Below, piece by piece: positions 9,071-16,907 of a stretch of DNA of 64,000 bases (the stretch's first letter is position 1; every line of letters starts with the position of its first letter). Source of the stretch: Actinomycetes bacterium (lineage in GTDB: Bacteria; Actinomycetota; Acidimicrobiia; Acidimicrobiales; Bog-793). A program made the translations under genes and the position numbers. The notes below the pieces were generated by a model. It worked only from the letters and a program-made list of their open reading frames with translations, did no database searches and had not been told where the DNA came from. The stretch lies in NCBI GenBank assembly GCA_021796535.1, contig JAKABW010000005.1:75672-139671 (forward strand), in the 5' to 3' direction.

Positions 9071-10339
9071 ATGTCCTCTTCAAAAGATGCTTCCCCAAAA
9101 AGTATCAAATTCATCACAATAGGGGTGCTGACCTCGCTTGCGCTAGCTGCCGGAGCTTTTATGGCAGGCTCCCATATCAAGTCGCCGGCGCAAGCCGCCG
9201 CTACGGCCAAACCTCCCCCTCTCAGTAACATAACGGTTCCCATACAAAAAGAAGTCTTAAAATCTGAGATAACTTTCCGGGGAAATGTCGTTGAATCCAA
9301 TCCTATCCCAATCCCCATGCCCACCATTCCGGCAGGTGACTTGCCGGTGGTTACCGGTGATTACGTAAAGACCGGAAATAAGGTTAGCCTGGGCTCTGTT
9401 TTGCTGGCAATAGCTGATCAGCCTATTATTTTAATGCAAGGTAATATTCCTGCTTTTAGAACCATGCAGTATCAAGATCAGGGTCCGGATATAGCAGAAC
9501 TACAAAATAACCTGATAGAACTTGGTTTTTCTATAGGAAATGATAAGAGCGGCACCTACGGGACAGGCACGGCTAAAGCCGTCAAAGGACTGTTTGGTTC
9601 CCTTGGATTTCAGCCAAATATGTCTGACTTCACGATTCCAAATACATCCAAGTCATCTGGGAAAACCAAGAAATTAAACTCTGCTGCAAAGACTGCCGCG
9701 GGTAATATATCAAATGACTCCGGCCAATCTCCCACTTTGACACCTTTGGCCACAGTGCCGCTGGGGGAAATAGTCTTTTTACCGAACCTTCCTACCTATG
9801 TAATAAGTGATAAGACATCTTTGGGAAAAAATCTGGATGCCCTGCCTCAGGGAGGAAATACGGCTCTTATAACGCTCGGATCTAATAATTTATCCGTTAC
9901 GGGTCAAGTTAGCTCTCTGGATGCCCAGAGCCTTCGAGACGGAATGGCTGCTACTCTGATAGATAACGTCAGTAACAAAAAGTGGACAGCAAAAGTAACG
10001 AGGATCTCGCAGGCCACTTCACAAGGGAACTCCGGGATACCGGAGGTTAACGTCAGTCTGGCTACTTCCACAAACAATAAACTTCCTCAATCCGAATTGG
10101 GCAACAACTTACAGATTGTTCTGACAGCGGCTTCAACTTCACGTCCCGTATTTGTGGTACCGATAGCAGCCATATATGCACGACAAAATGGTTCCAGTTT
10201 TGTCACTGTCGTAAAACATAACCGCCTTATAAATATAAAAATCGATGTGGGCCTTGATGTGGCGGGAAACGTAGAAATAACCCCAATAGGCAATCATATA
10301 TCAGCGGGCGAAAAAGTTGTGACCGGTGCCGCTAGGTAG
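9071..10339 (+). CDS. HlyD/MacA-like adaptor with a peptidoglycan-binding domain (module B)
   Basis: 422 aa with an N-terminal TM. It carries GPDIAELQNNLIELGFSIGNDKSGTYGTGTAKAV (PG_binding_1-like). Its C-terminus, PVFVVPIAAIYARQNGSSFVTVV...AGEKVV, matches the module A adaptor. The start is 1 nt after the lipoprotein stop. Confidence 0.7.
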   Translation: MSSSKDASPKSIKFITIGVLTSLALAAGAFMAGSHIKSPAQAAATAKPPPLSNITVPIQKEVLKSEITFRGNVVESNPIPIPMPTIPAGDLPVVTGDYVKTGNKVSLGSVLLAIADQPIILMQGNIPAFRTMQYQDQGPDIAELQNNLIELGFSIGNDKSGTYGTGTAKAVKGLFGSLGFQPNMSDFTIPNTSKSSGKTKKLNSAAKTAAGNISNDSGQSPTLTPLATVPLGEIVFLPNLPTYVISDKTSLGKNLDALPQGGNTALITLGSNNLSVTGQVSSLDAQSLRDGMAATLIDNVSNKKWTAKVTRISQATSQGNSGIPEVNVSLATSTNNKLPQSELGNNLQIVLTAASTSRPVFVVPIAAIYARQNGSSFVTVVKHNRLINIKIDVGLDVAGNVEITPIGNHISAGEKVVTGAAR

Positions 10340-10362
10340 ACAGTGGTTTCAAGGAACAGAAA

Positions 10363-11034
10363 ATGCCTGACCAACTCGTAGTATTAGAAAATATAAGCCG
10401 CATCTACGAAGGCCCTAATCCTGTCAATGCTTTAGTGAACGTATCCGCATCCATACAACAAGGCGATTTTGTCTCCATACAAGGCGTCTCCGGTTCCGGA
10501 AAATCTACCCTTCTAAACGTCTTAGGATTACTGGACCGGCCTACGGCAGGAAAATACATACTAAATGGTTTAGATGCAATGCATATATCGGAAAGAGAAA
10601 GAACCGATTTGAGGTGCTACTACATTGGATTTGTCTTTCAATCATTTCATCTGCTGGCAACCCGCTCTGCAGTGGAAAATGTCGAATTGCCTTTATACTA
10701 TCGAGGTATCAACCGTAAGAAGCGTAAAGAATCGGCAAGCAAAGCTATTGAAAAAGTAAACCTTCTCCACAGATCCGCTTCCTTCCCGGCAACGCTATCG
10801 GGAGGAGAACGTCAACGTGTAGCCATTGCCAGGGCCTTGGTCGGTTCACCAAAATTGCTTTTATGTGATGAACCGACAGGAAGTCTGGATAAAAATAGCT
10901 CTGACAATATTTTAGAGCTATTGGAAGAACTAAACGAAACAGGCCTTACTGTCATTATTGTCACCCATGATTCCGCAGTTGCCAACCGTTCAAAACGTCA
11001 CTTATACGTTGTGGAAGGACAACTTCATGAATAG
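10363..11034 (+). CDS. ABC transporter ATP-binding protein, MacB/LolD-like (module B)
   Basis: Motifs present are GVSGSGKST, LSGGERQRVAIARAL and LLLCDEPTGSLD. By eye it is roughly half identical to 2639..3358. Confidence 0.92.
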   Translation: MPDQLVVLENISRIYEGPNPVNALVNVSASIQQGDFVSIQGVSGSGKSTLLNVLGLLDRPTAGKYILNGLDAMHISERERTDLRCYYIGFVFQSFHLLATRSAVENVELPLYYRGINRKKRKESASKAIEKVNLLHRSASFPATLSGGERQRVAIARALVGSPKLLLCDEPTGSLDKNSSDNILELLEELNETGLTVIIVTHDSAVANRSKRHLYVVEGQLHE

Positions 11035-12334
11035 AATCAAATACAAAGTGTCGAAAGGAACAGAACAAAGAAAAAGTCATCTGAGAATAAAAGATGCCAT
11101 ATATGATGCTTTTTTAGGATTCGCCAGAAACCCCACCCGCACCTTTCTGGCCGCACTTGGTACTATTATTGGGGTTGGAACTTTGGTATCCGTATCCGGA
11201 ATTGCCACTACCGCAAAACAACAAGTCACATCGCAGTTCAATTCCATACTTGCCACAGAGATTACCGTAAGTGATAATAGCGTGGGACATATACCATTTA
11301 GCGCCCAAGAACGTGTCATGCACATTAAAGGGGTGGCGCATGCCGGTATTTCATGGCAACTTATGGCAGATGTAAATGTTGCGAGAGATTTATCAGTAAG
11401 TGGACCGCAGCAATTCTCTACGACGCTGCCCATCTATGCTTCTACACCGGATGGGTTAACTCAAATGCAGGCTGATATCATTACGGGAAGGTTATTTGAC
11501 AAAGGCAACGAAAGGCGCTTCGATCGCGTGGCATTGATAGGATCTATTGCCGCCCGGCAATTGGGCATCACAAGTGTAGCCAACCGACCGGCAATTTTTA
11601 TAAACGGAACCCCTTTCACCATAATAGGCATTGTCACGGGATTATTTGGACAACCCTCGGCGCTATCGTCAATAATAATTCCCGCGTCAACGGGCTTGGA
11701 TCTTATAGGTTCGCCTTATGCCGGCAGTTACTTGGGTCATAAAATCAATGAAAAATTTATAACAGAAAAGTCAAATGCGGTACTCCAGAATTCTTCCGCC
11801 CAAGAACCGACCATGTACGTCACAACGGCTAAAGGTGCCGCAGGTGTGGTTGGTAAAGAAATTGCTTATGCAATTTATCCACAAAATGTAAACGCTTTGT
11901 CAGTCATTACGCCACCCGGTCCGGATTTACTCAGTAACGCCATCGAGGGGACAACTGCCACTCTATTAATACTCTTGGGGATCGTAGCCCTGGTAACCGG
12001 AGGAGTTGTGATTGCCAATACCAGTCTATTGTCTGTTTTGGGAAGGACAAGTGAAATAGGACTTCGGCGGGCACTCGGAGCGAGACGAAAGCACATTGCA
12101 GTCCTTACTTTGCTTGAAGCAGGATGCATTGGCGCCATAGGGGGTATGATCGGCGCGTCACTGGGAGTTTTGGCAACCGTAGGAGTGGCGGCCACACATA
12201 CATGGACACCCGTACTATCATATCAGATCATCGTTATGGCACCTTTTGTAGGTGCTATCGTAGGCATTTTGGCTGGCATATACCCATCAATACGGGCAAC
12301 GAGAATAGAACCTGTTTCTGCATTACAGCACTAA
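11027..12334 (+). CDS. MacB/FtsX-type ABC permease (module B)
   Basis: The ORF opens at 10958. I prefer the ATG at 11027 (MNRIKYKV...), which overlaps the ATPase stop by 8 nt. The FtsX motif is GRTSEIGLRRALGARRKHI. Confidence 0.85.
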   Translation: MNRIKYKVSKGTEQRKSHLRIKDAIYDAFLGFARNPTRTFLAALGTIIGVGTLVSVSGIATTAKQQVTSQFNSILATEITVSDNSVGHIPFSAQERVMHIKGVAHAGISWQLMADVNVARDLSVSGPQQFSTTLPIYASTPDGLTQMQADIITGRLFDKGNERRFDRVALIGSIAARQLGITSVANRPAIFINGTPFTIIGIVTGLFGQPSALSSIIIPASTGLDLIGSPYAGSYLGHKINEKFITEKSNAVLQNSSAQEPTMYVTTAKGAAGVVGKEIAYAIYPQNVNALSVITPPGPDLLSNAIEGTTATLLILLGIVALVTGGVVIANTSLLSVLGRTSEIGLRRALGARRKHIAVLTLLEAGCIGAIGGMIGASLGVLATVGVAATHTWTPVLSYQIIVMAPFVGAIVGILAGIYPSIRATRIEPVSALQH

Positions 12335-12524
12335 TACTCAGACACAACGTTATTTTTATACTTAACTGTAAATATCAAAATAAACAATCCTTTATAAGAT
12401 CAGTGGTTCTCACTCGCGTCCTACGCCATCTCCATCACTCAAGCGCTGATCAGCCCGAACTTCCGGTTTTCGACCGATACCGAAAACAATGTTACGAACC
12501 ACCCGCTCGATAAATACATTGACT

Positions 12525-12570
12525 GCTACGTTTCTGACGGTTACCATTGAGATGTCTTTAGAAACGTAGC
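12525..12570. promoter_or_regulatory. Perfect 11-bp inverted repeat (GCTACGTTTCT ... AGAAACGTAGC) with a 24-nt spacer, upstream of the third ABC operon
   Basis: Read directly: 12525..12535 is the reverse complement of 12560..12570. The repeat lies 70-115 nt upstream of the GTG start at 12640. Confidence 0.3.
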
Positions 12571-12639
12571 CATCAATTCAACGATCTGTACTGACCAAAA
12601 ACCTGCAAGTATACCTAACTAAATGAATCGGAGAAAAAA

Positions 12640-13389
12640 GTGAGCGGGAACTGTTCGACAACACCCCTTGTATATGCCAAAGGGCTGTGCAAGGAGTACG
12701 GCACCGGGGAAGGACTGATCCGAGCGGTTGACGAGGTCAACTTGGAGATCGCTTCCGGCGAAGCGCTGGCCGTCATGGGACCGAGCGGGTGCGGCAAGTC
12801 GACGTTGCTCCACCTCATGGGTGGCCTTGACAGACCGAGTGCCGGTGAACTGTGGGTGGCCGGCAAACGCATTGATAGGCTCTCAGAACGCGGACTTGCC
12901 CAACTTCGCCGTCACGACGTCGGCTTTGTCTTCCAGGCCTTTCACCTCATGGACGAGCTGACCGCCCAAGAAAACGTTGAGCTGCCGGCTTTACTCGCCG
13001 GGCGCTCGTCAAGAGAAGCCAAGAGCCGTGCCCGTCAACTTCTCCACCAAGTCGGACTCGCTGAGCGGGCTGGACACCTCCCCTCAGCCCTCTCGGGCGG
13101 CCAACGCCAACGCGTCGCCGTCGCCAGGGCGCTCGTCAACGAGCCAAAACTTTTGCTGGCCGACGAGCCGACTGGAAACCTTGACAGCGTCGCCACCTTG
13201 GAAGTGCTCCGCCTCTTCGAGACGCTTCATAGCTCCGGTCTCACGCTCGTGATGGTCACCCACGACGAGCGGGTCGCGGCGACCGCCGACCGGTTGCTGA
13301 CGATGCGCGATGGTGCCTTCCTCGAGGAGACACTCCTTGTGAGCGATGCAAAGGGCAACCTTGGCGATTTCACAGGCCTCGGAGACTGA
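12640..13389 (+). CDS. ABC transporter ATP-binding protein (third set, GC-rich)
   Basis: GTG start preceded by GGAGAAAAAA. Motifs present are GPSGCGKST, LSGGQRQRVAVARAL and LLLADEPTGNLD. Confidence 0.92.
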   Translation: MSGNCSTTPLVYAKGLCKEYGTGEGLIRAVDEVNLEIASGEALAVMGPSGCGKSTLLHLMGGLDRPSAGELWVAGKRIDRLSERGLAQLRRHDVGFVFQAFHLMDELTAQENVELPALLAGRSSREAKSRARQLLHQVGLAERAGHLPSALSGGQRQRVAVARALVNEPKLLLADEPTGNLDSVATLEVLRLFETLHSSGLTLVMVTHDERVAATADRLLTMRDGAFLEETLLVSDAKGNLGDFTGLGD

Positions 13390-13391
13390 CT

Positions 13392-15203
13392 ATGGGGAAG
13401 ATCTTGCTCCTCTGGCGGCTTGCCGTGAAGGACCTCCGCCACAACGCCTTCGAAGCCGGGCTTCTCATGCTCGCCGTTGCGGCGGCAGCGACGACATTGA
13501 TGCTCGGACTTTCGCTCCATGGAGTGGCGAGCGCCCCATACACACGTACCCGGGTGGCAACCAACGGGCCCGACATAGTGGCATCCGTCTTTCCCGGAGG
13601 CCCCAATCCCCTTGGGCCAAACCAGATTGGCGAGCTCCAGTCTCTCGAACATGCAAAGGGCGTTGTCGCATTGAGCGGACCGTTCCCCGTTACCTGGACG
13701 GTGCTCCGGGGAACCACTGCCACCGGAGCCGAGATTGAAGGTCGCAGTACTGCTTCCACTGTCGTCGATCAGCCAAAGCTGACCGCAGGACACTGGATCC
13801 GCGCCGGGGGTGTCGTCGTTGAAGCCGGGTTCGCATCGGCATTCGGCCTACGAGTCGGCAACCGGATCTATTTGGCGGGGATTCCGTTTCACGTGGTTGG
13901 TACGGCGGTGACGGCCGCCTTCCCAAGTTACGGAAGGCTTTGCTACCTTGGCTGTGAAGAAACGCACGCATTCTATGGCCAACCCGGTCTCGTCTGGACA
14001 ACAAAAGCCGATGCCTACCGTATCGCGCTCACTGCAAGAGCACCTGTTGCGTACTTCTTGAACTTGAAACTCGCCCAGCCGACAGATGCCACCACATTTG
14101 CCGCCCGCTTCGACGCCTCAACCGCAAACGCTCTGGAGGCTCCCTACCTCGTCTCGTGGCAAGACATCGCCAACGAGGACGCTAAAGCGACTGCAAATGT
14201 GCAGCTCGTTCTGTTTACCGGCAGCGTACTGCTCATGCTGCTTGCGTTGGCAAGCGTCGCCGTCTTGGTCGGCGGCCGTATGGCAGAGCAGTCTCGACGA
14301 GTGGGACTCGTAAAGGCCGTCGGCGGTTCCCCGGGATTTGTCGCAGCGGTACTGGTGTTGGAACACATGCTGGTCGGTATTGGCGCCGCGGCAGTCGGAC
14401 TGCTACTGGGCCGGTTGGCGGCTCCCACCCTCGACGGGCCGGGGGCCGGGATGCTCGGCGCAGCAGGGACACCCGCCTTCGACTTGGCAAACGTCGGCCT
14501 CGTGATGGCACTGGCCGTCGTCGTAGTGGTTGTGGCGACCTTCGTCCCGACCGTACGTGCGGCAAAAACGAGCACGGTTCGGTTGCTCGACGATGCGGCT
14601 CGGACGCCAAAGCGGCGGCCGGCGGTAGCCAAGCTTTCTGCATATCTTCCCGCTTCGCTGCTCGTGGGGGTGCGACTGGCAGTCCGACGGCCACGCCGGC
14701 TCCTTCTCAACGTGTTCAGTGTAGCCGTCACGGCGAGCGGAATCATGGCGGTGCTCATATTCCACGCTACAAATGCGCAGGACTCCCTCTCTCAAAACAA
14801 CCTATATACACTTCGGGTCGACCAAGTAACGACCCTCCTATCGGTGATGCTCGTCGTTCTCGCCGCCGTCAATACATTATTCATCGCCTGGGCGACCATC
14901 CTCGACACCAGGCATGCCTCGGCGCTCGCCCGCGCACTTGGGGCGACCTCCAAACAGGTAACGATCGGGGTTTCCGTATCCCAGATCCTTCCGAGCCTCT
15001 TGGGAGCGCTGCTTGGCATTCCCGGAGGACTCGGCATCTATGACGCAGCGAAGAGCGGGGGCTCGACGGCGATCCCTACGGACGGATGGATCGCCGGCAT
15101 GATCGTCGGCACTGTCCTCGTCGTGGCTGTGCTGACAGCGATACCGGCTCGCATTGGCGGCCGTCGCCCGGTGACAGAGCTTCTTCAAACTGAGGTGGCG
15201 TGA
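13392..15203 (+). CDS. ABC permease with two FtsX-type domains and a large N-proximal extracytoplasmic domain
   Basis: 603 aa. The first FtsX-like segment is RVGLVKAVGGSPGFV and the second is ARALGATSKQV. The start is 2 nt after the ATPase stop. Confidence 0.8.
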   Translation: MGKILLLWRLAVKDLRHNAFEAGLLMLAVAAAATTLMLGLSLHGVASAPYTRTRVATNGPDIVASVFPGGPNPLGPNQIGELQSLEHAKGVVALSGPFPVTWTVLRGTTATGAEIEGRSTASTVVDQPKLTAGHWIRAGGVVVEAGFASAFGLRVGNRIYLAGIPFHVVGTAVTAAFPSYGRLCYLGCEETHAFYGQPGLVWTTKADAYRIALTARAPVAYFLNLKLAQPTDATTFAARFDASTANALEAPYLVSWQDIANEDAKATANVQLVLFTGSVLLMLLALASVAVLVGGRMAEQSRRVGLVKAVGGSPGFVAAVLVLEHMLVGIGAAAVGLLLGRLAAPTLDGPGAGMLGAAGTPAFDLANVGLVMALAVVVVVVATFVPTVRAAKTSTVRLLDDAARTPKRRPAVAKLSAYLPASLLVGVRLAVRRPRRLLLNVFSVAVTASGIMAVLIFHATNAQDSLSQNNLYTLRVDQVTTLLSVMLVVLAAVNTLFIAWATILDTRHASALARALGATSKQVTIGVSVSQILPSLLGALLGIPGGLGIYDAAKSGGSTAIPTDGWIAGMIVGTVLVVAVLTAIPARIGGRRPVTELLQTEVA

Positions 15204-15923
15204 TAAAGCACGGCCTAGTCGATACACTTAGGCATTTGTCATTGACCCCACCAAGACCAAGCCAGACACCACGGGGTGCAGCGGCGACTGGTTCCCCACC
15301 AAATAGAGTATTCGACTTGGCGGAAACATTCATAGAGCGACTTCGATTTTTATCTTGCGCCATAATACTTATAGCATGTCTTAAAAATATATATACCTAC
15401 CGGTCTACCTATCTGTATCTACATATAGAATTCCATGGGTTGGTACATCCTCAGGAATAGACCATTCAGAATGGTACATGCGAATAAATTGTTCTTGCTT
15501 TATCAGTAGATTTTTGTTAAAAAGATATTTTTTATTCAAAAAATAAATGAGTCTACCTCACTAATTTATATGAAATAATTATAAATTAAGTGGTTGAATT
15601 GTGCAACATATGTAATACGGTGAACTACTTCTGCGTGATATAAAGTGTCGAATCCTATAACGAGAACCTAACTAAACAGGGAATTACCACAATAAGAAGT
15701 TTAGTCAATACTAAAAAAATCTTTTACCCTACTTTAAGAGGTTAAATAAATACTTATAGTGGTTATATACACCCCTTGCAGACTATTTTGAAATCTCGAT
15801 GCATCGATATATACTTTTGCTGAAAACCAAGAGGTTGGTCTCAAGGTATTACCGATACAACTTAATTTATTTACCACGTAAAAATATTACTTATGATTTA
15901 TGACTATTTGAAAGAGAGGAAGG

Positions 15924-16580
15924 ATGAAAATAATAAATAGCGATGCAGTAAAGACAGAAGAAAAGGATACAGCTTCTTATTACATGAAGTTTGTCGTAAC
16001 AGCAGCAGCTGTCGGTACCGCAGCGGGATTACTTGGCACCGCAGGGTCGGCATGGGCGGCAGGTACCGGTTACGGACCGCCTGTCGTGATTACCAAAGGT
16101 GTTGCACAAGGATTTGGCGGCATCATGACAGCCGTAACGATAAACAGATCGGGAAAAGTCATACATCTCAAAAATGCTCACGGCGCAAACATCACCCTTC
16201 ACATAGGCGGGTGCCGCAACAACTTCCAGGCTATAGTGACCGATGCGTCGATCAAGGCAATAGACAAATCACACTATAAAAGCATCCCGAAGTCTGCCCT
16301 TCACGATCATGTTCTTTACTCGATCGGCGTACTTTTCCAAAGCGGCACGCGCGAAATCTCATCTTGTAAGATTGACCGATTGGATATCTACGGCAAGACG
16401 TTTACCAAAAAAGACTACGTCCTTTATTACAACTCACACTTCAGAGCTTTTAGCTCTGCTCCGAAATACCATGCGTCCGTATCCCAAAGCCACGTGATCG
16501 CCAAATTCAGAACAGACACAGAAATAGTGGTATTGGGGCCAAACACACCACAGCCACATACACAAAAGAAGGGAAAATAA
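15924..16580 (+). CDS. Exported hypothetical protein
   Basis: Strong SD (AGAGAGGAAGG) before the ATG. A hydrophobic Ala/Gly-rich signal-like segment (VVTAAAVGTAAGLLGTAGSAWAAG) follows a 20-aa charged N-region. I recognised no family motif. Confidence 0.5.
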   Translation: MKIINSDAVKTEEKDTASYYMKFVVTAAAVGTAAGLLGTAGSAWAAGTGYGPPVVITKGVAQGFGGIMTAVTINRSGKVIHLKNAHGANITLHIGGCRNNFQAIVTDASIKAIDKSHYKSIPKSALHDHVLYSIGVLFQSGTREISSCKIDRLDIYGKTFTKKDYVLYYNSHFRAFSSAPKYHASVSQSHVIAKFRTDTEIVVLGPNTPQPHTQKKGK

Positions 16581-16907
16581 ATTGAATCTTGATCAAATAT
16601 ATTGTCTGCCACACAAAATGTGATTTAGCTGTTTGTCTTTGATACAGAGGTAATTAACATAACTTTACGATAGCTCATAGTATTAATACTTTTCATAAAA
16701 TATGCATACTTTTGTAGTATTAAGTTAGTTGGCATATAAAGTTAAAAGTATTGGTAACATGGTTTTGCTTTAAATTCTTTTCTAACTCTCCCAATTTACC
16801 TTATATACAATAGTTTTTTTGACATATAAATGTCAATGTAACTTTATTTTAAAACATTGATAAAGGATAAATAATTAAAACTAAATCTTTGATAAAAGGC
16901 GAACATC

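Noticed and set aside
10958-11026. N-terminal extensions given by the ORF track: permease from 10958, oxidoreductase from 19266, thiL to 41475, sufC to 48856, coaD to 35140, lipoprotein from 8095
   Set aside because: In each case an internal start gives a protein of canonical length with an RBS or a coupled stop/start. The extension overlaps the neighbouring gene or a promoter.
12410-12547. 45-codon minus-strand ORF (MVTVRNVAVNVFIERVV...) starting inside the inverted-repeat spacer
   Set aside because: It has no Shine-Dalgarno and no recognisable motif, and it is too short to judge. It is treated as non-coding, possibly an eroded fragment.
13227-14758. Several 100-200-aa minus-strand ORFs within the GC-rich ABC genes
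   Set aside because: They are antisense to ORFs with Walker/ABC-signature and FtsX motifs. These are Arg/Pro-rich shadow ORFs expected at this GC content.
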